This document shows positions 9,294-17,101 of a stretch of DNA of 25,311 nt, one piece after another. Positions within the stretch are counted from its first letter, which is position 1; every line of letters starts with the position of its first letter. The stretch lies in IMG/VR virus record IMGVR_UViG_3300025264_000104, positions 1 to 25,311 of that record; one strand, written 5' to 3'. The notes below the pieces were generated by a model. It was not told the origin of the DNA. It saw only the letters and a program-made list of their open reading frames with translations, and ran no database searches. Origin of the DNA: a virus (Duplodnaviria > Caudoviricetes). Both the position numbers and the translations under genes were made by a program.

Positions 9294-9889
9294 CACGCCC
9301 CCTTTTTCTTCGTGGCATACAGCCACATTCCTTTTGAACGAGTCGTGCGGAGATACCCAAAGGGGGCTAAGAAAGCCGCAATAGAGCCTGCGGACACCCC
9401 AAACCGCTCACCATGCCCTTTCTCTTCTACAAGGATCAGTGGCCGACATCGAGCAATAGTCTGACGGCTCCCATGAAGAGCCGCCAATTCCATTCCTTCA
9501 ATATTCAGCTTTATGAGATCCACATCCCTAAAAGCAAACTCATCGAGTGGCACTAAGGAAACAGGCCCTGTGTCTTCTCGAAGATAGAAGAAATCTCGAT
9601 TGCTCGCATCAGGATTGCCTAGTCTGGCATAGCCTGCTTTATTGCTCAGTCCTTCGGGGTGTAACGTCATGCAGTCATATACATACGTGTTTGCAGTGAG
9701 CGCTGGATGAACAAAACCGTTTGGCTCAAACATCTCGACATGCTGGAAAAAGGGAGGGAGTAAGCGGGCGAAGAATCCCTTATAGGCCCCGCCATCAATA
9801 GCCCGCCGCCCCCGTCCTTGTAGCAAAGCAGCGACCACGATATCAACTGAGTTTTGCAGAGCCCGCTCTACTTTATCCCACGACGACAT
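9293..9889 (-). CDS. FkbM-family SAM methyltransferase
   Basis: 'AIDGGAYKG', 'MFEPN', 'VDLIKLNIEGME'. Confidence 0.88.
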   Translation of the reverse strand: MSSWDKVERALQNSVDIVVAALLQGRGRRAIDGGAYKGFFARLLPPFFQHVEMFEPNGFVHPALTANTYVYDCMTLHPEGLSNKAGYARLGNPDASNRDFFYLREDTGPVSLVPLDEFAFRDVDLIKLNIEGMELAALHGSRQTIARCRPLILVEEKGHGERFGVSAGSIAAFLAPFGYLRTTRSKGMWLYATKKKGA

Positions 9890-10454
9890 CTTTTTCCCGT
9901 TCTTCGCTAATCATCCATATAATACCTGGATATTCCGTTGCAATAGATCTGGTCATATCTTCCCACCAACTGATCGGCTGCACGGTAATATGGGCGTTTC
10001 GTCCATCAGGGAGATTCTTTTGGGCTGGAGTTGTCCCCACAGCAATGAAAACAAACTTCTGGGCATACTGGAAAATGTCACGCAACACAAACGGTGCATC
10101 GTGTTCATATAAATGCTCCAGAACGCTGCAGCAGTAAACGCCATCAAAAGAACCTTCGGGTCGTTTTGCCCATTCACCGCAGGCAGGGTCATATCCCGTT
10201 AATACCCCCACTCCGAGCCCTTCCTGCCACGAGTCGATATAAACACCAAGCTTGCCGTGCAATACCTTAGACTCAGTGTTGAACTGCCGCCCTTTCCCAC
10301 ACCCGTAGTCCAGCAGAGAAAGGGCGTGTGTCTCTTTCACCAAATCCCGTATCTCCCAGTAATAGTTAAAACAGCCGATCCCTTGAAAATGCCTCTCTCG
10401 ATGCATCTTCTGATACTGCTTCTGAAGCCGGATGCCCTCGTCACTCAGCGGCAT
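9873..10454 (-). CDS. Class I SAM-dependent methyltransferase
   Basis: 'LLDYGCGKG', 'GYDPA', 'FDGVYCCSVLEHL', 'LPDGRNAH'. Confidence 0.9.
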   Translation of the reverse strand: MPLSDEGIRLQKQYQKMHRERHFQGIGCFNYYWEIRDLVKETHALSLLDYGCGKGRQFNTESKVLHGKLGVYIDSWQEGLGVGVLTGYDPACGEWAKRPEGSFDGVYCCSVLEHLYEHDAPFVLRDIFQYAQKFVFIAVGTTPAQKNLPDGRNAHITVQPISWWEDMTRSIATEYPGIIWMISEEREKDVVVG

Positions 10455-11311
10455 GCAATTTGTTCCCTCAGGATCTTCCAGGCCAGTCCTGATTCCATTT
10501 CTTGGACATTAAACTGACAATACGCCATATCTGCCAGCCACTGTCGGCGCACTGCGTCAGAGGGGATAAAAAGGTCGTCTATATTCTCCTCTTGTGTACG
10601 AGCCAGTGGTCTCGCTATCCCATCCCCAGTGACGATAACAGGAACCCCAGCAGTAAGCGCCTCAACGGCAGCATTGCTGCCAAAGGTCACCAGTGCCCAA
10701 GCATCGGGGAGAAGGTGAGCAAGCAGTTCAGGCGGCCGCGAAAACCGTGCTCCAGAAAGGGACACCGCCTCTTTCCATGACGGCTTCGGTCTATAAATAA
10801 GGGGACGATTTGTGTACTTACCAACCCGCTTCAGGGACTTCCGTGCCCATTCGGTCATCGGGTCCACACTTTGCCCGGTATGCAGCCCATGCCATTTGGC
10901 ATACTTAAGTGACCCTCCTGCAATAATAATGTGGCTCCCTTGCGTTCGCATCGGGAGCATGTTCACAGACAGTGCACGTAGCCGATCATCAGGCCGTGGA
11001 GTTTTCTGGAAGTAGGCAAGCGGCTGGAAGCTGTTTACGCTCATCCTAAAATAGGCACTCCGCCCGCCAAGATACCCTTTATCGATATAGACCGTGTGTT
11101 TTCCTGCTTCAAGATGATTGTCAAGGAGGCGACGGGAATACCCTTTAACGCCAATCATGACCGCCACATCAGTACGTGGATTCGGGGCAGGGTAGGAAGC
11201 CGGACGAACGACCTCACAGGTGTCTGTACGGCTACGCTTTACCCCCTCACAGAATGAGGCGGCCAGCTTGTCTTCTCGGTCTTTCTCCACGGCAAAGAAG
11301 GTGACGTGCAT
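10445..11311 (-). CDS. Putative GT-B glycosyltransferase, capsule-synthesis (KpsS/KpsC-like), paralog 4
   Basis: 'YIDKGYL', 'YRPKP', 'TFGSNAAVEALTAGVP', 'LADMAYCQF...EMESG.AW'. Start at MHVTFF after a GGAG ribosome-binding site. Confidence 0.7.
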   Translation of the reverse strand: MHVTFFAVEKDREDKLAASFCEGVKRSRTDTCEVVRPASYPAPNPRTDVAVMIGVKGYSRRLLDNHLEAGKHTVYIDKGYLGGRSAYFRMSVNSFQPLAYFQKTPRPDDRLRALSVNMLPMRTQGSHIIIAGGSLKYAKWHGLHTGQSVDPMTEWARKSLKRVGKYTNRPLIYRPKPSWKEAVSLSGARFSRPPELLAHLLPDAWALVTFGSNAAVEALTAGVPVIVTGDGIARPLARTQEENIDDLFIPSDAVRRQWLADMAYCQFNVQEMESGLAWKILREQIACR

Positions 11312-11312
11312 G

Positions 11313-11540
11313 CTAGTCTCCTGATCCCCTTGAATAATGAACTCGCCGTGCCGCTCGCTGGAGAAATCCCGCACGAATACCCCCCTTCGCCTCTCTTCCA
11401 CAAAGTGGAGTTGATTTCTGTTCTATCCCCTCTATAGCGAAATAGTCTTCCGTTTTCATGTTCCCATATAAATTACAATAAAGCTCATTACTCGTAAAAA
11501 TAACTGAGTATCTACAGTCCATACAAACGTTGCCCATCAT
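11313..11540 (-). CDS. Small Cys-containing hypothetical protein (75 aa)
   Basis: MMGNVCMDC... start overlaps the upstream stop (ATGA) and the gene fills the gap. Confidence 0.5.
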   Translation of the reverse strand: MMGNVCMDCRYSVIFTSNELYCNLYGNMKTEDYFAIEGIEQKSTPLCGREAKGGIRAGFLQRAARRVHYSRGSGD

Positions 11541-12406
11541 GGAAGCTCTCCCAATTGATTGCTGATAAACTTCCACGCTCGTCCGTTCCGAAGTTCTTGC
11601 ATGGACGTTTGGCAGTATGCTAGATCGGCACAGAACTGGAGACGAACGTCTTGAGAAATCGGGTCCTTGCAACTCAAAACATACGCAGGGTGGTCGCTCC
11701 CTACCACTTCACAGGGGACTCCTTCAATCAACCCGTCTATGGCTGTGTTACTCCGGTATGTATAAACCAAAAGGGATCTCTGCAATTCCTCCGATAATAA
11801 CCCATCAGCGTAGCGCGTGCCTGGGATAGGGCGTCTGCTTACCCTGCAAGCAGGCTTAGGTCGCCAGGCAATAGGGGGAGGATCTTTGCCCACCCAGTCG
11901 CCCCATTGCCTTTTAAACTTTTCGATCAGCTCGACATGAAACTCCCAGCTCGGCCCCAATCCCCAGGCTTGCGTTTGCTTGTCACTCATGCCAGCAACCA
12001 AGACCGCGCCAGCTTGACTTGTTTCTCGCCACGGTTTTATAGGCCGATTAAACGCCAGAAACCGTTCTGGTTCACGTCCTTGCTGAAAATACTTAGTAGG
12101 CTGATGGGCATTTAAAGCAAAGCGATGATGCTGAGGGTGGGGTTCGTGCTTCCTGCCCCAATACGGGAGGTCAAAAAAAACGTTAGGGGTCTTGCTTTCC
12201 CAGAGAAGATGGGCCAAGTCCATCAACTTTCCCGAGAGACCATACCAACACACGATGTCGCCGTGTATGCCTTTTTTGTATTCCTGTTCAGTATAGATGG
12301 CGACTTTATCACCCAGGTCTGCCTGCGCAATACCCGCCATAAGGGTATTGATAACAGACCGCCCACGAGAACTGGAAGCATCATAGTACAGGGCAATGTG
12401 ACGCAT
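11537..12406 (-). CDS. Putative GT-B glycosyltransferase (KpsS/KpsC-like), paralog 3
   Basis: 'FFDLPYW', 'WRPKP', 'TYRSNTAIDGLIEGVP', 'ADLAYCQ...ELRNGRAW'. Confidence 0.7.
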   Translation of the reverse strand: MRHIALYYDASSSRGRSVINTLMAGIAQADLGDKVAIYTEQEYKKGIHGDIVCWYGLSGKLMDLAHLLWESKTPNVFFDLPYWGRKHEPHPQHHRFALNAHQPTKYFQQGREPERFLAFNRPIKPWRETSQAGAVLVAGMSDKQTQAWGLGPSWEFHVELIEKFKRQWGDWVGKDPPPIAWRPKPACRVSRRPIPGTRYADGLLSEELQRSLLVYTYRSNTAIDGLIEGVPCEVVGSDHPAYVLSCKDPISQDVRLQFCADLAYCQTSMQELRNGRAWKFISNQLGELP

Positions 12407-13239
12407 CAGGTAATCCTCCCAATAATCCGCAACGGGCTATCTTTTCTCCACGGATGGCTTTGTCGAATCTCTTCTAAAGTCCATTGGTGATAGGCCAGGC
12501 GGATGAAGAACTCCTCGCGGTTGTCTGGATAACAGGGCGTGAGAACTTCCTCCAAGGATTCATTTCCCATAGACTGCGCAGCGCAAGGATGTAACGCTAA
12601 GATAGGACGCCCTTCAAGGAGCGCTTCGATTAGCCCTTTAGTATGGTAACCCGCCACACTGTGCCACGATCCTTTGCGTAACACATCCCGCAGGGGTTCA
12701 TCTTTCTGGTCATACCGTTTCTCGCGCATGGCCACAGGCATATTTGTCGCAGTATGCAACGCCCTCTGCAATTCGCGATTCACGCTGGGATACTCGAATC
12801 CTAAGTTTCCACATTGCTTACGAGACAGCCCAAGGGCGAGGATCTTACTGCCACTTTTCCGCCACCGGTGTATCGACTCCCCTAGCGCCCGCCAACGATC
12901 TCCCGAAGGGCAAGGCAATTCCCAGAGGACGCGATGCGCCTGTTTGGCATTGTAGGTGACACTATAATACCCTTTGAAGTGACCCCGCTGAATATATCCG
13001 TTGTCGATATGCAAGAGCCGCTTAAAAGCATGACGGTCTGCAAATATTCGCTCGGTCCCGTGGAAATCCCCCCAGATAGCTATAAGGTCGGCTTCTGTCT
13101 CATCTCCTTGGGGATACTCCCAGCTATCCCGTATTTCAATAGCATAGTGACGACGCTCTAATCCTGCCGCAACAGCAGACATGATACGCCGAGTCTTGGG
13201 AAGATTACGGGAGGTCTCGTACACGAGGGCTTGAGGCAT
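12406..13239 (-). CDS. Putative GT-B glycosyltransferase (KpsS/KpsC-like), paralog 2
   Basis: 'HIDNGYI', 'GLIEALLEGRP', 'LAYHQWTLEEI'. Start MPQALV overlaps the upstream stop (TGATG). Confidence 0.68.
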   Translation of the reverse strand: MPQALVYETSRNLPKTRRIMSAVAAGLERRHYAIEIRDSWEYPQGDETEADLIAIWGDFHGTERIFADRHAFKRLLHIDNGYIQRGHFKGYYSVTYNAKQAHRVLWELPCPSGDRWRALGESIHRWRKSGSKILALGLSRKQCGNLGFEYPSVNRELQRALHTATNMPVAMREKRYDQKDEPLRDVLRKGSWHSVAGYHTKGLIEALLEGRPILALHPCAAQSMGNESLEEVLTPCYPDNREEFFIRLAYHQWTLEEIRQSHPWRKDSPLRIIGRIT

Positions 13240-13478
13240 CAGCCTACCCCCCAGCCATACCAAAAGGCACAGTAAGCAATCCAGAGACATGTTCCCGTAA
13301 AGAAAACAAAGACAAGGCCCGTCACATCAAAAGGGAAATCTTGAGAATAGGGGGAGTAAGCACGAAGATACATCACAAACACGCACACGAACCAACTCAC
13401 ACGATATGTAGAGATGTTCCAGTCTAGCCAGTACATAATATGCGGCCACCAGCGGCCGTCCATATAATCACCGAGCAT
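13239..13478 (-). CDS. Small hydrophobic/aromatic membrane protein (79 aa)
   Basis: Starts 1 nt after the upstream stop, its stop overlaps the next ATG, and it has two hydrophobic stretches. Confidence 0.6.
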   Translation of the reverse strand: MLGDYMDGRWWPHIMYWLDWNISTYRVSWFVCVFVMYLRAYSPYSQDFPFDVTGLVFVFFTGTCLWIAYCAFWYGWGVG

Positions 13479-13479
13479 G

Positions 13480-14625
13480 CTACTTTTTCTCTTCTCCCGG
13501 ATGGATTAACGACGCTAGATTTTCAGGGTCAAGGAAATCCCCCTCCTGCTGAAGGGTGGCAGCAGGAGGGGATAGGTTCTCCTGCTGCAGGAATGGTGGC
13601 GCAGCAGGAGAAAGACCCTGCTGTGATGGAGCGGAAACAGCAGGGAACGGTTGCTTCGACGTGCGTCGAGCTGCCCCCCGGCGCGGAGATGGGGAGGAGG
13701 ACATCAAACCCCCACCTGTCCTCGAAGCATCCGAAGATTTGAGTATACCACTAGAATCAAAGAAATGAGACCATGCCAAACCGGCTTCTAATTCCGGGAT
13801 ATTCCACTGACGGTATGCAAGGTCGTAAAAAAACTGATTTCGTTCCGGCCTGAGAGGATTCTTTATTGTCTCTACTGTCAGAGCAGCATGGCCCATCGTC
13901 GGGCAAACTGACCCTGGACCAAGAGGATAAATTGGCACGCCAGCAAGTAAAGCTTCGACAAGAGAATTAGAATTATATGCAATCAAACCCGCACATCCCT
14001 TTAAATCTTCGGCAAGTAGGTTGCCCTTGCTCTGCCTCACTCCTGTCTCAGCGGCCATGTGTAATCTTCGACTCGAATGGTCATCTGGATGGGGCCGCCA
14101 AACAATTTGTTTGTTTGTCAGACTTCGTAGCCGAGATACGGTCTCGACAAGCCACTGACCAGGCTGTACGCCACCAAGTGCAGCGTCATGTGGTTTCTGG
14201 CCACACACGAGGAAATGCCCCTCTGTCGGATCTTGCCATCTCGCCATAGAAAGACCCAATGATTTCCAACGGTCAGAAGGCATAGGCGAGGGAGGCGGGT
14301 CTCCCCAGCCGTTTAGCCCATTAAGATTCACAGACCAATACACTTCTTCAGGGTTTTGTCGTGCTTCTGCTACTGTTCCGCGTTTCAGATATCCTAAATC
14401 TATAATAAGAACGTGTGTATCATGTGCACGTTGATCGGGGAGCATCCGATTAAGAGGCTCTTTCATGCCGAACATGATGCCTACGGTGCATGATTCGTAG
14501 TCATTTGCTCCATACGTAGATGCGCCGCGAAGGACAAGAGGAAGGGTACTAACTGTGCGAATGCCGCGTTGAAAGGCGACCATCGGCAGAAAGCCGTGGC
14601 CTGCATACATCAGAACTCGTGCCAT
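13480..14625 (-). CDS. Putative GT-B glycosyltransferase (KpsS/KpsC-like), paralog 1, with low-complexity C-terminal tail
   Basis: 'IIDLGYL', 'VCGQKPHDA', 'WRPHP', 'AYNSNSLVEALLAGVP', 'LAYRQWNIPELEAGLAW'. GGGAG ribosome-binding site. Confidence 0.72.
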   Translation of the reverse strand: MARVLMYAGHGFLPMVAFQRGIRTVSTLPLVLRGASTYGANDYESCTVGIMFGMKEPLNRMLPDQRAHDTHVLIIDLGYLKRGTVAEARQNPEEVYWSVNLNGLNGWGDPPPSPMPSDRWKSLGLSMARWQDPTEGHFLVCGQKPHDAALGGVQPGQWLVETVSRLRSLTNKQIVWRPHPDDHSSRRLHMAAETGVRQSKGNLLAEDLKGCAGLIAYNSNSLVEALLAGVPIYPLGPGSVCPTMGHAALTVETIKNPLRPERNQFFYDLAYRQWNIPELEAGLAWSHFFDSSGILKSSDASRTGGGLMSSSPSPRRGAARRTSKQPFPAVSAPSQQGLSPAAPPFLQQENLSPPAATLQQEGDFLDPENLASLIHPGEEKK

Positions 14626-14665
14626 AAAACTCCCCTACACGTCGTTTTTTGGCTAAGAACAAAAA

Positions 14666-14753
14666 GACTTTTGGCGTCTTCACATCCCACCCAAACTTAC
14701 GGTGAGCCTAACGTGAGACTCATAGGGGGGGGGGCGTGATGACGCCGAAAGTC
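14666..14753. other. Long imperfect inverted repeat downstream of the major capsid gene
   Basis: GACTTTTGGCGTC ... GACGCCGAAAGTC outer arms, with inner C-rich/G-run pairing. Confidence 0.5.
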
Positions 14754-14791
14754 ACCAAGTGACAGACTTGAAAGCCTGCCCCGGACATGGG

Positions 14792-15778
14792 TTAATCAGT
14801 TATAAGCAAGGCCCCTGGACCTGATCGAGTATCTGAGGCAGACAGGTCCCAGTTCGTTGAGGTTGCAACAGCTGCGTCAGTCGGATTCGATCCCCCATTA
14901 GTGGTATCCCACTTAAAACCCCGCACACGAAGATTGAACGCAAACTCCCCCTGGATTCTAAATGCCAAGTTCTCTAGCCCAGTGACAGGTTCACTCAACA
15001 CATCGCGTTCTTCCGACTCTTGGACACGAACCGCATCCTCTACAAGCAATAAGGTCCGATAGACTGATTCCGAAGAACCAGAAGTCTCCACCAGGTTCGT
15101 ACTGTCGGTCACGATCACTGGTTTGCCAAAAGACGCAATATCACCGGTGTTAATTGATACACCGGCAACATCAACTATGTTATCGGTAATCGCTTGTTTC
15201 ATGAGGTCATAGTATGGTTTCGAGTGCATGACTAGAGCTACAACTCGGCCACCTGCATCACCTAACTTAGCCAGGGCACTCAGAAGTAATGTGTGGGACA
15301 TGGTATCAGTCCCTGCCCCAGTCGAGGCATCATGGGTCAAGGCTGTTTGCCCGAGTAAGGACGCCACACCGGCTGAAACAGCCATGTTGACATAATCAAC
15401 CATAACGGCTTTCGCAATCTGCTGCCCCAAGAGAAACGACATGGTCTGTTGGTTCTCTGATATCTTCCGCCACGCGTCAAGCGTCTGGGAGACAGGGCCA
15501 ATTTTTCGATTGATCTTCACGCCGATAAACTCATCTTGGGTCATCGCCAAGTCCGTAGCAGTAGCTACGCTGGTCGTATCGCGTCGTGTGATTAGACTCG
15601 ATACTTCCTGCATGAAACTCTCTTTCTCGTAGTCGCCTTTACGACGCAACGGCTGAAGGCGCAGCCCATTTCGGCTTGCGCTATTAAACGCATCCGACAT
15701 CTGTTGCTGGATTTCGGTAAAACCGCCAAAGAACTCCTCATCATAGATGGTAAAATCACTTGCTTTGCCAATTGCCAC
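14792..15778 (-). CDS. Major capsid protein (HK97 fold expected)
   Basis: 328 aa after the scaffold gene. 'ALAKLGD', 'LVMHSKPYYDL', 'GKPVIVTDS', 'GFKWD...NPTDAAVATSTNW'. Confidence 0.9.
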   Translation of the reverse strand: MAIGKASDFTIYDEEFFGGFTEIQQQMSDAFNSASRNGLRLQPLRRKGDYEKESFMQEVSSLITRRDTTSVATATDLAMTQDEFIGVKINRKIGPVSQTLDAWRKISENQQTMSFLLGQQIAKAVMVDYVNMAVSAGVASLLGQTALTHDASTGAGTDTMSHTLLLSALAKLGDAGGRVVALVMHSKPYYDLMKQAITDNIVDVAGVSINTGDIASFGKPVIVTDSTNLVETSGSSESVYRTLLLVEDAVRVQESEERDVLSEPVTGLENLAFRIQGEFAFNLRVRGFKWDTTNGGSNPTDAAVATSTNWDLSASDTRSGPGALLITD

Positions 15779-15814
15779 AGATCATCTCGATATCCCCACA
15801 CCAAAGGTTTCGTA

Positions 15815-16639
15815 TTACTCACCGGACGGGAGATCTAGATACGCATCTTGCCCATACTCACCAATGAAAGCAGCTTTTCTCTCAGGCGTGCCCAATTCTT
15901 TTTTTGAGTGTGCCCGATTGCCTTTGCTGTCTCCATTTCCACTGCCACCTGCGCCGCCACCAGCACTTGATTTGAATAGGTACTTGGCCTCTGCGCCAAT
16001 CCCATCTATCCATTCTTCCATACTGATCTTTTTTACGCCATCGGGACCTCGGATCAGATCGCCGAGATCATCATAGGCGGCAGGCTCACCGTCCTCATCC
16101 ATTTTCCATACCCCGTTTGCACGGAGAAGAAAATCTTGAGGGTCTTGAGCACCTTTCTTTTGCGCTACTGCAAGAAGCCGCTGATTGATTTTGAAGTTCC
16201 GAAGATCACTATTCAGCCGTTCTTTTTCCGTATCGAGTTCTCCAATACGGCCGTCTCGGGCTTCCAGTTCCTTCTTGTGATCTGCCCGCATCTTTCGTGT
16301 GACACGGTCCAGCCGTTCTTCAAAATTATCGTCGCCTTTCCCGTCGTCCGATCCGTCCGTCTGTTTTTCTTGCCACGTATGAAACGCCGAAAGTTCCTCA
16401 TCAGACATAGCTGATAAGGCCGCCCACCTAGTCAGGTCGACGTCCTTGAACTTTCCTATCGCTTCATTGGCTTTTTTGCGCTTTTCTCGTTCCTGATCGA
16501 GTGCCGTCTTTAGAGTCACAACACTAGGATGTTTATCCATTTCTGCATCGAGCAAGAATCCGCCTTCCGTCTCTACATACAGCGGCTTAAACGCCTCCTC
16601 TACACCGTCAAGGGTCTCTACAAATGGGGCTATTGCCAT
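15815..16639 (-). CDS. Capsid scaffolding protein
   Basis: Charged coiled-coil, 'YLFKSSAGGGAGG', C-terminal 'KAAFIGEYGQDAYLDLP'. Directly upstream of the capsid gene. Confidence 0.85.
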   Translation of the reverse strand: MAIAPFVETLDGVEEAFKPLYVETEGGFLLDAEMDKHPSVVTLKTALDQEREKRKKANEAIGKFKDVDLTRWAALSAMSDEELSAFHTWQEKQTDGSDDGKGDDNFEERLDRVTRKMRADHKKELEARDGRIGELDTEKERLNSDLRNFKINQRLLAVAQKKGAQDPQDFLLRANGVWKMDEDGEPAAYDDLGDLIRGPDGVKKISMEEWIDGIGAEAKYLFKSSAGGGAGGSGNGDSKGNRAHSKKELGTPERKAAFIGEYGQDAYLDLPSGE

Positions 16640-16657
16640 TCTTTATCCTTTCCCGGT

Positions 16658-16710
16658 ACGCCACAGACGCCCGAGCTTATCTGCGTCTCAACACGCCACA
16701 GACGGTTGAG
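16658..16710 (-). promoter_or_regulatory. Two copies of the CGTCTGTGGCG hairpin motif in the scaffold 5' leader
   Basis: ACGCCACAGACG (+) at 16658-16669 and 16693-16704. The second copy is enclosed by a CTCAAC/GTTGAG stem. Confidence 0.5.
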
Positions 16711-16772
16711 CAGTGTTTGGTGTGCAACCAGCAAACACAGACCCCGACCGAAAACGGGGTTTGTTTATCTGC

Positions 16773-16802
16773 ATTTTAAAAAGAAAAGAGGGGGAATGTC
16801 AA
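16773..16802 (-). promoter_or_regulatory. Sigma70-like promoter for the scaffold-capsid operon
   Basis: TTGACA (16802-16797), 18 nt, TAAAAT (16778-16773), just downstream of a terminator. Confidence 0.65.
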
Positions 16803-16812
16803 TCGATAACGC

Positions 16813-16849
16813 AAAAAAGGGCAGCAGGGTTTTATCCTGCTGCCCTTTT
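16813..16849 (-). terminator. Intrinsic terminator (possibly bidirectional)
   Basis: GGGCAGCAGG / CCTGCTGCCC stem followed by T6 on the minus strand (T4 on plus). Confidence 0.85.
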
Positions 16850-16893
16850 CCAGACCATGCCGTGCCTGACCAAACCCTATCCTGTCACGCCAT
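16849..16893 (-). repeat. Short 5-nt-period GRY-NN tract (mixed GGY/GAY)
   Basis: Minus strand: at GGC gt GAC ag GAT ag GGT tt GGT ca GGC ac GGC at GGT ct GGA, running directly into the terminator. Confidence 0.7.
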
Positions 16894-17101
16894 GAAAAAT
16901 CTCAGTTACTCGACTATTTCAGCAAGGATTAAAATCCAAGTCTGCATACGATGCACACATGAATGGGCGCCACGGCCACAAGCGACCCCGCTCACCTGTC
17001 CGCGATGCCGAAGCCCGTACTGGAACACCCCGAGAAAGAGAAAAAAAGAAGAGACTACGCCGTCTGAGCGGCCAATTTCTGTTGCAAAGCAGCCACAGTA
17101 A
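16892..17101 (+). CDS. Small Zn-ribbon protein (CxxC...CPxC), paralog of 20169..20321
   Basis: 'CIRCTHEWAPR...TCPRCRSPYWNTPR' aligns with 'CVRCGHMWRPR...SCPRCKSALWDIPK'. Start uncertain; overlaps the 3' end of the convergent minor head gene. Confidence 0.7.
   Translation: MKNLSYSTISARIKIQVCIRCTHEWAPRPQATPLTCPRCRSPYWNTPRKRKKEETTPSERPISVAKQPQ

Noticed and set aside
13239-13478. Holin call for the 79-aa membrane protein
   Set aside because: No endolysin nearby and no charged C-terminal tail, so it is left as an unknown membrane protein.
180-13768. Many short plus-strand ORFs antisense to structural and enzyme genes
   Set aside because: They are shadows of well-supported, translationally coupled minus-strand genes and have no recognisable motifs.
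16529-16891. N-terminal part of the 190-aa plus-strand ORF
   Set aside because: It overlaps the scaffold start, promoter and terminator. Only the C-terminal Zn-ribbon part looks like a real protein.
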